From contig JAQGDQ010000003.1 in the NCBI GenBank assembly GCA_030141605.1, forward strand, positions 434,001 to 498,000: a stretch of DNA of 64,000 nt, given 5' to 3'. The DNA is from Tubiluchus corallicola. Taxonomy: Eukaryota > Animalia > Priapulida. Every line of letters starts with the position of its first letter. The stretch's first letter is position 1. The notes beneath the pieces were generated by a model that saw only the letters and a list, made by a program, of their open reading frames with translations, was not told the DNA's origin and ran no database searches. The position numbers were made by a program, and so were the translations under genes. This document shows positions 29,001 to 41,720 of this stretch, piece by piece.

Positions 29001-32000
29001 CAAGGAGGAGAAAAGAGTGTACAGCACACAGAGATGCATTAGTTAATTAATTAGGTTATAATATTACTTAAAAAAACTTGAACATGGAACAAATGTCAAT
29101 GACAGTATATACTGACAATATATTTGTCAATGTCAAACATACGGGGTGTTCAAAAGCTTTTACACACAGCATATTTGCTAGTTTTGCCACTGACACATAT
29201 CGACTACTTCTAATCTAACGGAAAAGTCATTATGATATGTAGACTGTTATCAGACACGGACCTAATCAGGATGTGATCTGACCTTGCAAAATATTTTGTG
29301 TATTTTCTTTTAACTTACCGCATAATAGAATTTTGCATTGTAGCTGCTATTATTTGCTTTGATTCTTCGCTCAAGCTCTGAAATATATATCAAGGGGCAC
29401 ATTAAGTATAAGAACAGCAATAACAAGGAGTTATTTTTTTCCATCATAAAAATGAATTGCACCCTTCATTCTAAAATAAATCTTGAAAATATAACTTTTT
29501 GGTCAGGTTTTGTACCAGCGGTATTTATTTTTTCAAAAAATGTAATATCCATCACACTCATAGTACTAACTAACTATCAATGATTAAATTTCACTCATCT
29601 ACTAAAACTCTTGTAATACAACCATTTTTGTATTACACCACCTGTAATGAATCGAAGTGGATTGCATTTCAGGCGCGTTAAGAAAAAATCGTACAAATGC
29701 CCAAGAAAAATGTATGTAAAGCAATGTTAAAAAAGTCGGACTGTTTGACTGTTAGTTAAAGGGAAAATATAATCACATTAAGACCGATTAACATGCCATA
29801 AGGCTAAACCTTTTGTTGACTTAAGTACGACTAAGAACATCTAAGTTGCATCGTGAAATGCTAATGCACCTGACACATCACAAGATTTTTTGAAAAAAAG
29901 GCATACTTAATTAAAACGAAATTGGAAAAATTGATCAGGTGTGGGAAAACTCATACAAATACCCAACAGAAACTGGAAATAAAATTATCAAGTGTTGAAC
30001 AAATTGCCATCTTTCTTTCCTGAAGTAGGAGCATGAGAAGAAACCTAGTGTTTAGAAACACTGCATGAAGGATTTCTTAGCAACACTGTACAAAGGACTG
30101 TGGTTTAGTGTCTCGTCTGAGAGGATTAATCTTGATGAAGAGCTACGTCATGCCACAACCACCTACATTAAATAGGTTTGCCAATGAGAACTGGATGAGT
30201 GGATACCAGCTACCAGAATGTTGAGCAGTAGGATGCAAACAATCTTGGCAACAGAAGCAATCCGAAAACATGAACAAAGTTGAAAAACGGAATTTCTAAT
30301 ACAAACCAATAACGTTGTAAATGAAGCCTCGCGAAAACAATCCAAGAGAGACTAAACGCCGCCAACTTGCAACGATTGGTGACGTCATTGTATGGCTTCA
30401 GCAGCTGAAGAACTTTGCCATTTACCACCTCCATGGTGAACCTGCGCTTTATTATGATTTCACGTTACGAGTTTTTAGAGTTGAATCAAAAAACTACTTG
30501 ATAGATCGACAGTGCAGAGAAAAATCGAAAGCTGGTTGCTATTTGATCAGACGAAAGCTTGTTAAAATTGATTCAAAGGCGGACGCCGACTAGCGAGTGC
30601 AAATATACTTAGGACATTGTTGTAAAACAGTAATGAGTAGCTACAAGACATAGTCTAAACTTAGTGTATTAAATTCTGGGCTGTGTGTAATTTCATTTTT
30701 AGCAACTCTCCCAACTAAGTTAAATACCCATTTAAATTAAACTACGCACCCGTTCAAGTTTATGTACAAGTATAAAAACAATACTTTGTCGTCTTTGTAT
30801 GCTAGCTAGAGATTCAAACTCGTATACTACTAGAGCAGCTACAAGGGACACTATTTCCAGCAACGATTTTTAACATCTTATGGTTTAAATTCCTTGCAAT
30901 TTTTGGGTGTCAAGTTGTGGAATAGCATTGAATCTTCTGTTAAATATTCTCAATCTTTAAAAATAGCAGTAAAAAATCGTACTGAAATAATCTCCAAAGA
31001 TTAGTGAACATTATTTTTTTAAAGTAATTCTTGCTATATTTATAAATAATTACCTTAAGCCATACTTTGATTTATAATTCTACGCTCGTTAATCATTTTA
31101 CTTCTGATAATGGTGTTTGTTAATATCTTCAGATGCTCAAGAGTTGAGATATACTGAAAATGTTCTTATGGAATTACATTATACTTGATTGGTTATTCAG
31201 TTTGAAGATGTGAATTTAGTGAAACACTTTAGTCACACCTGTGGTCAGTGGTGCATGCGCTCGCTATGCTTATGGCTGCACGTACTACTGACTAATCCAG
31301 CTATGCAAGTGTAACATTTGCATGTGCTACTAACTAACAACAGCTGCTCTGTAAAAGTGATGCTTAAGATAAAATATAATACCATTTAAATCTCTAACGT
31401 TTAATTTACATAGCCCACAATGTTAACCTAAGTAGAATATTGTTGCCAACTTAGTAGAAGGGGGCAGACAAAGGAGGATGACATTTCGGTCTTTTTGCCA
31501 CCCTGTCTCTCTTAGCTGCCACATTAATTGTTAATGCTACGTTTACTATGTTATTGAGACAAATAAATTATTCTGTATTCTGTATTCTGAAATAATTATT
31601 ACCGGTATTAAATTATACAATTACTACTGAATTAAATCCATCTCAAGAGTTTTGTACTAAGCTAGATACTTAAATCAGACATATGAGGTTGATGATAGTA
31701 TAGCTCACAATTTATTAAATTCACGCATACAAATTTGACCACATGGAGAAAATGTAAATAATCGAAAGTGAATCTAAATTGGAACCTTTTGAGTTACTAG
31801 CTTAATGCTTTAAACCAGTAGACCACTAAGTTCCTTGTAACAGGTTCTGATTTAAGCCCCCTTCAATTTGTCAAACATTTCCAAGTGATAGGCTACTGAT
31901 CCTAGACTTGTTCTAACTAATAGATGGAGTTTTCAATCAATTTCGAGCCTAGGCTAATCCACAGATAATTAATTAAAGTCATTAGCAGTAACAACATGAT

Positions 32001-34212
32001 TTAATATCGAGACTGGTTTCCCTCAGGCACAATGAAAAAAGTGAATAGATGGTGCCTCTAGCTTGTGGTAGTGAAAGTGGTTTAAATAATTAGTGCCACT
32101 AGTAGTGGTAGTGGCAACAATGGCAGTGGCAGTAGTAGCAGCAGCAGCAGTGATTAGTCATAGTGGTAGTGGTTGCGATAGTGGCCATGACAATAGCAGT
32201 AACAGTAGCGGCGGCGGCAGCAGCAGCAGTAGCAGCAGTAGTAGTAGTAGTAGCAGTAGTTGTCACTTAGTAGGAGTAATTAAAATTTTTATTTTGCATC
32301 ATATAATACCATCATTGGTAACATTAAAGATTCACATTAAAAGATCATTAAGAATTATTCAAGTTACACATTGCTGACACTGGGACAGCTTTTTTACAAA
32401 TTTTGTTCTGTAGCTTTAATAAATATTAAATTACCGAAATCTTTGACACATACAGGTAATATTTTAGTTACATAATTAATGTCTTCTCATGAAAACTACT
32501 GTTACAAATCTTACAGCACACATTGCGAAAACGTAAATGCCAATCTCAACCATTAGCAGAGCATTTTCACCAATAAACATTACGGCTCTGATTCGTGACA
32601 TGTAACATATAAATAATTAAGATAAATAAGTAAATATCACGGACTAAACATAATAATGCTGGCATTAATAATAATAATAATAATAACAATACTACTACTA
32701 CTACTAACTAATAATAATAATCAATCATCTCTGCTGGACCCAAAAGACCAACAGCTAGTGGCAATACCAAAAATTAGTTTCTCAGAAGTCAGCATTGATT
32801 GTACATGAATTGAGGGATTCTCTTAGGGATTGTCCATTAGCTTAGCTCATTAGCTACTTTGGAGAAATTGTAGATTTCTAAGTCAAGAGGATAACATGCA
32901 GGGGATCGTTACTGAGACAGGTGTTCTTAATTCCAATTTCACAATTTATACATTCATTTTGAAGAGTAACTTTACAACAAAAAATTTCACCTTATGTAGA
33001 ACTTGAAATTAGCTTTTCACAATTTGAATTAATTTTGCATGTTGGCAAAAAGGTAAAAAAGTTCAGCTGTTTTAGCATAAGACAACTTAACTATTTCTCT
33101 GCATAATAGACAATAGACAAGAAATTACGCTCTATTAACGACAAAAGATTTCACCAACAATTAGACATGTGAACCTTACCCAAGGAACCAATGGCACTGA
33201 TGTTATTGTATCAGCTCTATTCAGTTAAAACCTTCAGTTACTAACAGCCTTCTGGAGACAGAGATAATAGACTGTATTCAACAGAGAAAACTATGGACAG
33301 GAAAATCTCTAATTTCACTGTCTCACATCTCTCTGTTACTTAAGTCTTCCCAAAGAGTTGCAAACACAAAGTTTTTATTGGCTAGTGCCTAGGATTTTCT
33401 TCAGACAAAAATCAAAATGTTGCTGAATCGGCAAAAACATTGCATTGGAATTTTAACGATTTGCGATGTGACCGGCGTGTTGATAACAAATACCAATAAA
33501 CCCAACTGAATATACAATCAAAATTACGTGCTTAAGCAAACACTTGAACAACCACTGACTGACAGCAAGTAATCATTACCAAATAAATTGTCTTTTTGAT
33601 TTGCAAGTAAGAGAGGTCTGGCTTTCTACAATATCCAGCATAGACAGGATTCATTAGGTTGTGTGAATGAGTTGTGTAATCTGACTAACAGGCACACAGA
33701 GTTTAAGTTTTAGATCAATATAGCTGTGCCAATAATTTCACAATATTATCAGACACTGTTATTTAATCTAGAACTAAATGAGACAGTGCATTTTGACTTC
33801 CAGATTTTTTTGGTTGACTATACTGAAAAAATCTGGTTTATAGTATAACTTGTCTAAATTCAGCAATTACTCAAGACCTTAGTATTCGAATTCGAACATG
33901 GACTTGGAATTGGTCTCTGTCAGTAATACTGATTACTAAAACACAGTTCTAGTTTGCAAGCAATAACGAATATAAGAAACTAAAAAAGCAAAAGATACAC
34001 AAAAGCACATTTAAAAAAATTCTCAGTATAGACTCGCCTTTCTCGTGGTGTATAGGTAGTGTATGGACTCAATATGATATATGGCTCCACACTTTAAATT
34101 AAGTAATAGCTTCACGTAATAATAAGTTCTATTAATTTATTTAGTTCATCAAGCGTTGATTTCAAAATTTGCTAAATAAATGCTTACCAGGGGGCACTTT
34201 TTTCTTCAGCAT
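1..34212 (-). CDS. ATP8B: P4-ATPase phospholipid flippase, ATP8B class (multi-exon, 3' end runs off the left edge)
   Basis: GT-AG exons with consistent phases, 5'->3': 34188-34212 (tentative start), 29319-29377, 28595-28708, [27205-27303 or 25478-25576], 23432-23566, 21948-22018, 21550-21632, 20798-20892, 20356-20508, 18702-18919, 18342-18504, 17213-17302, 14800-14962, 14298-14377, 10314-10415, 9741-9860, 9353-9450, 8185-8363, 7481-7587, 6421-6615, 5638-5821, 4315-4538, 2310-2393, 1522-1776, 478-689, <1-189. Motifs: [15 protein letters not shown]|ET, TM4 [11 protein letters not shown], phosphorylation site [50 protein letters not shown]-terminal [11 protein letters not shown] (GYAFS at 39-53). 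Confidence 0.95.
2582..3439. mobile_element. pogo/Tigger-like MITE (degenerate)
   Basis: CAGTAGG...CCTACTG termini, with TA at the right end. Internal tandem duplication near 3300-3345. Confidence 0.45.
3701..4181. mobile_element. Kolobok-like non-autonomous DNA element
   Basis: TTAA|AGGCCAAATAAAGCG at the left and imperfect inverted CACTTTAAATTTGACCT-G|TTAA at the right. Confidence 0.45.
5076..5211. repeat. (TATG)n microsatellite
   Basis: Direct reading. Confidence 0.98.
10775..11019 (+). mobile_element. Solo LTR (245 bp)
   Basis: Termini TGTTATGA...TCATAACA (8-bp perfect inverted, TG..CA). 4-bp direct repeat CAAC on both sides (10771-10774, 11020-11023). Internal AATAAA near 10943. Confidence 0.8.
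11481..11862. mobile_element. CpG-rich non-autonomous element (Helentron/HINE-like or MITE)
   Basis: Abrupt CpG-rich block with short inverted GACTACAA/TTGTAGTC near the ends, followed by (TA)n. Confidence 0.35.
15168..16313. mobile_element. hAT-like MITE
   Basis: Left end CAGTAGCGAACTGGCCCACCGGG and right end CCCGGTAGAAATTTTTGACCTAGTCCG resemble hAT-MITE termini. Degenerate. Confidence 0.4.
19147..19935. mobile_element. Tigger-like MITE
   Basis: TA|CAGTA...TACTG|TA termini with repeated (T)AATAAATCC/GGATTTATTAA subterminal motifs. Confidence 0.45.
19944..20030. repeat. (CACG)n-(CA)n compound microsatellite
   Basis: Direct reading. Confidence 0.97.
20042..20168. repeat. Long near-perfect palindrome (about 60-bp arms); probable miniature palindromic MITE
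   Basis: ATTCAGTTTCTAGCAATATTACTTTCTTAAC...ATGCAAAATTATACACAATG mirrored by CATTGTATATAATTTTGCAT...GTTAAGAAAGTACTATTGCTGGAAACTGAAT. Confidence 0.85.
25478..25576 (-). CDS. ATP8B: ATP8B alternative exon B (TM1-2 loop + TM2): [33 protein letters not shown]
   Basis: 99 nt, phase 0/0, ctgtag acceptor and gtatgt donor. 17/33 aa identical to exon A and joins the same flanking exons in frame. Confidence 0.9.
27205..27303 (-). CDS. ATP8B: ATP8B alternative exon A (TM1-2 loop + TM2): [33 protein letters not shown]
   Basis: 99 nt, phase 0/0, ttttag acceptor and gtaagt donor. Joins ...LLILQ| to |QRHRND in frame. Confidence 0.9.
28170..28420 (+). mobile_element. SINE fragment with Deu/Nin-like core
   Basis: GTCTCTCAGATGAGTCGTTA at 28243 resembles the Deu/Nin core. 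It shares ..ATGAGTCG..CAGCAG..GTCC..AAATAGCCA with the copy near 54290. Confidence 0.4.
30375..30387. promoter_or_regulatory. Adjacent CCAAT box and palindromic CRE (TGACGTCA) in a CpG-retaining island; possible internal ATP8B promoter
   Basis: ATTGG at 30375-30379 abuts TGACGTCA at 30380-30387. The 30.25-30.6 kb region is CpG-rich relative to the flanking introns. Confidence 0.45.
32100..32260. repeat. Degenerate (AGT/AGC/GGC)n trinucleotide repeat
   Basis: Direct reading. It produces the spurious poly-Ser ORF 32093-32377. Confidence 0.9.
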
Positions 34213-34286
34213 GGCTTCATTATCCCCTGCACTCTCTCCATGAACTCTTCCCTCTTGATCTCTTATGCCATATCATCCATTTCCAC
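34188..34286 (-). CDS. ATP8B: Probable ATP8B start-codon exon (5'UTR + MLKKKVPP)
   Basis: 99-nt exon, aaag acceptor and gtaagc donor. GCC-ATG at 34212 gives MLKKKVPP-G|AG, phase 1, matching exon 29319-29377 ([10 protein letters not shown]). Confidence 0.6.
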
Positions 34287-35499
34287 CTTTAAAGTAAACA
34301 AGAATAACAACAGATGTGCAAGCTTTAAAGAATTAAATTTTCGATTTTATAAAGATTATTAATTTCATTACGTGTTTCACATAAAGTGTGTTAAGTAAAT
34401 AAATATATTAAGCAATGTAACATTTTTAATCTAACATGTTACAGAAAAGGTTGCTGCAACAGCAGTAGTGTCACAAAAACAGGATTATGCTTTCCAAACG
34501 CCAAACATACAATACTTAACTGCCTCTGAAAGCCTTTTATTTCACCCATAAATTTTTGAGCAGCAAGGAATGATGAAAATACAGAATCCAGTATTAAGCA
34601 CACAATCCCACATATTTATTTCTAACAGTCTATCAAGAAAACTGGTTAAAGCCTTCAAAATAAACCACTTTTTGAGGGGTTATTAAAAATTCAATTTGAA
34701 AGGTTAAAGTGAAATGCCAGCAATGCTCAAATATAACTGCCTAACAGTCCTCAATTAGCATTGCAAACTACACCACTAATTACTTTTATAACCATTTTAA
34801 TGAACAGAAAAAATGACAGGCATTTTTGCATGTGGCAAAACAGTTTACTCAGACTCTTATAGCACACAGGCCTCAAAATATAGCACCAAATCAGCAAACT
34901 CAAGTCCGTAATTCACAGTGTCATTTATTCAAATGGCAGACACTGCAAGTTTCATTATTATGTAGCTATCTATGTAGTACCTTGAAAGTGATGGCAACTG
35001 AAAGTGGAGATTCTAATATTTTCAACAAGAAACAGAGTCACCTCCAATTGAAATGAAAAATTAAGAGCACAACTCCAAGAACTAGAGATCTTACACTGAA
35101 AACTAGAAAATGAAGAGGACACTAACAGACATAGCAGCTTCACACATCACAAGCGTGTGCGTACACACCATATTCAATCTGTTGCTGGCTGCCTAGTTGC
35201 CTGGAGACTCCCACTGATGAAGCCCAATTAAAGGCTGGCTTCCAGTCAATAACACACCACTAATGCCTGAGAATTTTTACTGGATAGTGAATGTATATTG
35301 CTAAGTGACCACATAGTGAAATTAGCTAGTCCTACGAATTCAGCGAAATCATTAAACTGGGAATGAAACTTTCAAATTATTAAAATAGAAATATGATCAT
35401 GTAAATTATAGCCATTGAGGTCCTAGACACAAAAGTTTGTTCATTTTTGTGAAACTGTGTGGCTACTTAGTTTTCCAATCCATTTCAATGGCGTAATGT

Positions 35500-36060
35500 A
35501 AAGTCATGGAGTCAATTAATGCTAATAATATAATAAATTACTAACGGAACAAAAACTGCTGCCATGGGAACAACATGGCTTCCTGTCCAAGAAATCTATT
35601 TGTACTCAATTGTCAGAATGCTTGTATGATTAGACTCTAGCCCTTGATCTGTGGAAAAATCTCACTGTAGTTTTATATAGACTTCCAGAAAGCTTTCCAC
35701 TCAGCAAGTGACAAAATTTTTTTTAAATAAAGCTTAGTATTTTGCAGTAGGGGTTGGCTTTTACAATGGATATTTTTTCTTGAGTGGGAGAAAGCAGCAT
35801 GTCGTCAGTGGTAAAAATGTTGTAATTACATCAGTGTCATATCAGGTACAACTCAAGGTTCCATGCTGAAACTGCTTATGTTTTTATTGTATATCAATGA
35901 CTTACTAATAGAAGCGGGTTTTGTAACATTAAAACTGTTGTCTGATGACGCAAAATTATATCAGTATGAACCTTTAGATGGTTCAAATGGTATACAAACT
36001 ACAATTGAGAATATCGTAAAATGGACTGAAGTTTGACAACTGAAATGGCAGTTAAATTCT
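35500..36060 (+). mobile_element. Decayed CR1-type LINE reverse transcriptase fragment
   Basis: Broken frames give QHGFLSKKSICTQL, YIDFQKAF, GTTQGS..L.FLLYINDL and LLSDDAKLY. Confidence 0.8.
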
Positions 36061-37479
36061 GGTACATAGATTTGTTGTTATAGAATGTAAATGTCTTGCT
36101 TTTAGTAACAACTATTGTCGAACAAGTGGATTCATTAAAACAAGCTAGCATATGACTATGATTTTAATGTCTTCTAAAGCTCAAAATGTTTTAATATAAC
36201 GATATAATTGTAAAGTCTTTTTACCACTTAGGGACTATTTTTATTAGTCGATTAGTTTTGTAATATAAGTCAGCTTAAGATGAGTTTTGTAATATAAGTG
36301 AGCTTAGTAGCTCTTAGGGGCTAATATTTTTATCTGTATGTAAAACCTGAGTTTCTATAAAGTTCGATTTGATTTATATTTCAACAGCTAGCAATGCAGA
36401 ACTCTTTAGAAGCAGATTAAACTCTGGTGATCTTAGCAGATTCTTGTGTTTTAACAGAAATATATAGCATGCCTAATTCTTACATTAAATTAGTATATTT
36501 GTACAGTTCCCAGTATCGTATGGATGCATATAAGAAGATTTATCTCTGTGCATATCTTTCACCCCCGGCACCAGGTAATAGGACTGCATATATCAATAAT
36601 TATTTATTATGCACTGTACTTGTATTTTTATTTTATTATTTGAAATGTAAAGGTTTCATATAGCTGTTAATAAATTCTAAAATTTAATGTGAATGGTCAC
36701 TAAAACCCTAATATAAAAATAACGGAAACTCTGGTAGAAGAAAAATTTTCTTTCTCTGTAAAAAATTCACATTGGAATTGGTAACGTTGCTGACGTTATA
36801 TTTTTGAGTCATTGTGATCTACTCATCTAAAACTGTACATCAGTCTTTACTGAAGATTCTACTGAATTTACTGCTGAGCCTTACCTTAAATTTGAGACTC
36901 CTAAGGTGAAAACTTGAACTGGTATCTCTTGCCATCGAACGATCATATTGAATTTGGTATCTTAGACTTAAGATAGTGGTAGAATATTAACTGGGTTCGT
37001 GTTTCATTGTGTCAGAAACACTGTTTTTAACAGTGTTGTCATGGCATATGCTGTTATGAGTAGCAACAAGCATAGTTCCAGTGCTGAGAGTAGTAAGCCT
37101 TCTCATAGTCGTAGCGCTAGAAATAGCACTCTCACTCTTCAACATTTGCCCCAAGTTAACCAAAACATAGTAGTCACCATGTTGTTGAAGGTTCACAAAG
37201 CCCCTGTGCTACAAATGGTCCCAGTAAAAGCACCTCAAAATGCTGAAAACACTACTAAGCAGAAAGTAATAATAACAAGAAGTCTGCCAAGCAGTTCTCT
37301 GTTTCTGTGTTTAATAAACTTCATCAACTCCCTGCTAGTGGTGAAATGATACTTAATTTCAATACTGATGACTAAAATAGCCAATGTGAAGTATGTGAAT
37401 ACATAATTTTGAGTAATACCTGTACCATGCCGTAAGACACCTTTGTCACCATGTCACCTTTGTTTTCTCACCATGTCAC

Positions 37480-39350
37480 CTTTGTTTTGTACTTCTGGCC
37501 TTAATATGGATGGTACCACTTATTGTGCACATTGTACTCTATGCATGTCAAGCTCTTGGTTCTATGCCACCTCAAAGCTATTGCTACTGAGAAGACTATA
37601 AATGGAAAAATGCAGAAGCTGTCAGAAATGGATACCAACTTTGAAATCTGAAGTTGACAAGCTATCCATGAATGAGAAAAGAATTTTCAAATTGCAAAAA
37701 GCTGCTGGACCTCTAGTGTAGAAAATCGAATCTTTGGTACAGGAGCATACAGAGAAGCAAAGACGATCTAGGAATGTTATTTTAAAGCGTGTACCCGAAT
37801 CCCTGGCCGTTGATCATTCTACTGCTCTTGCAGATGATAAAGCCAGATGTATGTAAATTCTGGATAAGCCTTATTGCTCTACTGAACCAGATGTAGCTAG
37901 ATGCTTTGGTGCCAAAAAAAACTGGAATTACTAGACCCACCATCTCGAGAGTTAACTCTCAATCAACAGTGTCTTACCTGTTATAGAAGGAATGTCTGAA
38001 AAAGGCTGGTACAACAGAGTGTTGCATTAATGCAGAGTTAACCTAGTTGAATCATTAGTGACTCACTATGCAAATAAAAGCTGCTGCAGTTAGAAATTAC
38101 CACAGCAACGTAGTTTCGGAATATGTTCTTCCTCAATGCAATAGTGATCCCAAGACTAGAATCACCTAGTGTGATGTCGGTCGTACAATAAGGAGAAATG
38201 GTCTAGTTATCTCCACACTCAAATCTAGGCACCATGCCACTATGATTGATTGAATACCTTTATTTCCGAACAATATATCAATACAAAACAATACAGCGAA
38301 TCGTAATTAAAAACAAAAATTAACTAGTCGATAAAGCAATATTAGCATCAGCAAATCTCCAAATCGCAATAGCTTGATTAATGTTCCTTTTGAACATACT
38401 GAGCAGTTCTACCTCGAATGCCGTGATCAATGATATTAAGCAACAAATGACCAAGTGTTATGAAAAGCATAACTGTACTACATCCCTTCCCACTATTACC
38501 ATCAACCATCCTACAGGATCGCCTTGGCCACCTGCTCTTATAGTGACGTTTTTTCTTGCAAACTAGTAACTGCTGCCTCCAGTTCTATTACCTAACTCAT
38601 TCATTATTGACAAACAAAATACCTTGTGTAAGTTGCCTACTAGTCCTTCTCCCAAGCGTGGAATTATTAATTCTAACACCCATTCCATTTGCGCTGATGC
38701 TAATGTTAATGAGAGAGATAAGAGTGATGATTCTTCTAAATTTCAACCAAATTTTGAAAGTGAGTCCCTGCATAACAGTTTTTTATGACTTGAATAGTTT
38801 CATTTTGTCTACTGATCCTGATCTTATTTGTTTACGTGAAATGTGTTTTAATGATGAAGCTACTGATAATTCCATTTGTCCTGCCAGCTATAAAACTGTG
38901 AGGCATGATAGGCATATCATATTTTCTTTTGTTAACCGAGGTGATGCAGCCATTATGTGTAAAGCTACCTTAGATACAAATTGCTTTATATAAATGTTAC
39001 TGCTAAGGTGTTGGCATTTAACTTCATTCATCATGTCAGCAAAGGCTGAATATTTATGTGTTTATCATTTGTGTAACCCTGACTATGTTAGCATATTTGG
39101 TATTTCCAATTCTTTGTGAAGTCAGAAAAGCAAATGAGTTATGGTCTTGTAATGATATTGTTGATATGTGGCGACTTTAACATGCTTAACCTAGTTTAAC
39201 CTAACACTTTGCCTCTTAATGGTTTTGATGTTCTCCTTTTAGAAATCATTAACGAGAATTTGTTGACACTGTATATTAACTTCTCTACTTGTGATAAGAA
39301 TTTTCTAGAGCTTTTATTATCTAACTGTCCTAATCCGGGTTTTTAAACAA
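37480..39350 (+). mobile_element. Decayed LINE 5' half (ORF1 remnant + APE endonuclease)
   Basis: Remnants RRSRNVILKRVPES (ORF1-like), PDLICLREMCF, YKTVRHDR..RGDAAI and ICGDFNM (APE motifs), with many stops. Confidence 0.7.
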
Positions 39351-39878
39351 GTGATCATGACACTAGCCCTAAAAATTTTTACGTCTGTTTCCGATTTGTT
39401 GTCATTTTACAATATGGGTAGGTAGGGATTTTATTTTATTTTTTATTTTTTTGTCGTGTGACTACATTGATATGAATTAACCAATTTTTTATTAGATTAT
39501 CAATTCTTATTTTGACGAGTTTCTCACTTTTTTGTTTTGTTTAAAAATGTCCTTTTTGTTAAAGAAATATAGCAATTCATTTTAACTAATTAAATAAAAT
39601 CTGCTTCTGCATGCTTGATTTTTCTTTTTTCAATTAAAATGAATAAACTATCGCAATACATGTGAACAAGTACCACTCAAGCAGTTTCAACAATTAGAGT
39701 CCAAGCTCATTACCAGACCATTTACATTTACCTTATGGCTGGTATTTTATTTTTTTTTATTTTTTTATTTTTACATATACTACAGTTTTGATGTAAACAG
39801 GCCCAACTTACAAGGCGAATTTGTACTAAATGTAGTTGTACTATAGACAGACAAACTAAAAACAGTTTTTGCATTTAC

Positions 39879-40160
39879 ATAAGTTCTGAATCTAGTCCAT
39901 GTGTGCCTCATCTCAGCATGTTCTGTTTCTTAGACTTTTGTTATCAGGTTACTTGAAAAGCTCTAGATATCAATAAGTTCTGAATCTAGTCCATGTGTGC
40001 CTCATCTCAGCGTGTTCTGTTTCTTAGACTTTTGTTACCAGGTTACTTGAAAAGCTCTAGATATCAATAAGTTCTGAATCTAGTCCACGTGTGCCTCATC
40101 TCAGCATGTTCTGTTTCTTAGACTTTTGTTACCAGGTTACTTGAAAAGCTCTAGATATCA
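39879..40160. repeat. 3 x 94-bp tandem repeat
   Basis: Units start at 39879, 39973 and 40067 and differ by only a few substitutions. Confidence 0.97.
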
Positions 40161-40329
40161 ACTGTTCCAAACTCACAGGTAAATTATTGTCTGTATAATT
40201 ATTACACAAACAACATTGTAGAATAATTTGAAAATTTTAGTATACGGGTTGACATATTGGTGGAATTGCCCAAATGATCTTCCTGATTTTTTGCCTGATG
40301 AGGATTCCTCAACTTTGCACGCCAAAAAC

Positions 40330-40915
40330 ATTGAATGTTGACAATATGCTGACAACCTAGTTAAATATTTTCAGTACACCTAAAGAAGGGCTACAAAATA
40401 AAATCAATAAACTAGCTTTAGATGCAAAACAGAACTCATTGCAAATTAATCATACCAAAACCAAAGTTGCTGCATTAGGAAACAAACCATCCAGTAAAAC
40501 ATCGAACATTCACTTTTATCTTGGCTATACCTTATTAAAAACAGAAAAACATATCAGATACCTAGGAATGTATTTTACAAACAATGGTTCATACACAAAG
40601 CACTGTGACACAATGAGAAAACAAAGCATTAGGGCATTATTTAGATTAAAATCTCTAATATTTCGTTACAGTTTTGATGTAAATATACTTCTTTACCTAT
40701 TAGCACTTTATGGCTGTGAAATTTCGTGCCAGTCTTTTTATCAGTAAACTTTTAACGATGTGGAATCATTATCCATTCCAGTACGTTCAGAACAGATTCT
40801 CAAAATGGGTTTTAGGTGTCCGGGGAAGTGCTTCCAATATAGCATGTAAAGCTGGATTAGGTATATACCCGCTACTAATTAAAACATTTGCAATTCTTCA
40901 CAAATATCTATTAAT

Positions 40916-40975
<60 letters not shown>

Positions 40976-41720
40976 CCAAGAAATAAACTATTTAAAGATG
41001 CATAAAGTTACCAGTCTCATGAAGATGTGAAAGAGCTTTATACAAAACAGGCAAATTTTTGAGGACTTCAAACACATGGTGCAAATGAAATTGATAAAAT
41101 GTGACTGAATCGCAAAATAAAAGAATTCGGTAATAACCTTAAATCAGGATACAGAAAACTATTTTTACAGAGCTACATAATGATATTAAACAAATGGTGG
41201 CAAAAACAAACTAAGATTTTATAGACATAAAAATCGGTTAAGTTTTTAGAAGATTATTTTAAAATTATTTCTAATAAGAAACAGAGACAAAAGATTACAA
41301 AATTACGTATCAGCAACCATGACCTTGAAACAGAATGCCGTAGATATAAAAATAAAAAGTAATGCATACTCAGTAATGTGGCTTTTTCTAAATGCAAACC
41401 CAGAAGACCTTATTCATTTTGGAAACTACTTAAATGAATGTGATAAAAAAGGCAGTTATATCTTGGTCGTAATCTGTGAGTGTTGGATAAATCTTATGTT
41501 GTGATCGTGTAATTTAATCTCATTTGTGATTGTTTTAATCATTTAGGTTTTGTGTTTTTATTAGTTCTTTGTAGGTATAGCACAAAATATGATTTCATAA
41601 GAGCACAATTTATTATTAGATGTAACTAAGCTATTTAAGTAAGTTAATAACTTGTACAATGTCTATGTCGTGCAATCTTGCATAATTGTATTTATGCATA
41701 GAATATATAAACAATAGCAA
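40330..41720 (+). mobile_element. Decayed LINE 3' part (RTE-X/L2-like RT C-terminus + tail), interrupted by (TA)n at 40919-40971
   Basis: YADNLV, GLQNKINKL, INHTKTK, RYLGMYF, LYGCEI, KWVLGV..SN.AC..LG.YPL and TKLRISNHDL. The tail sequence near 41520-41640 recurs at about 44000-44110. Confidence 0.75.

Noticed and set aside
32093-32377. 94-aa poly-Ser/Gly ORF
   Set aside because: Artefact of a trinucleotide repeat.
35215-35245. CTGATGA-AGCC..GGCT hammerhead-like relic
   Set aside because: The GAAA half of the core is absent.
39879-40160. CRISPR-like array
   Set aside because: Head-to-tail repeats without spacers, in eukaryotic DNA with no cas genes.
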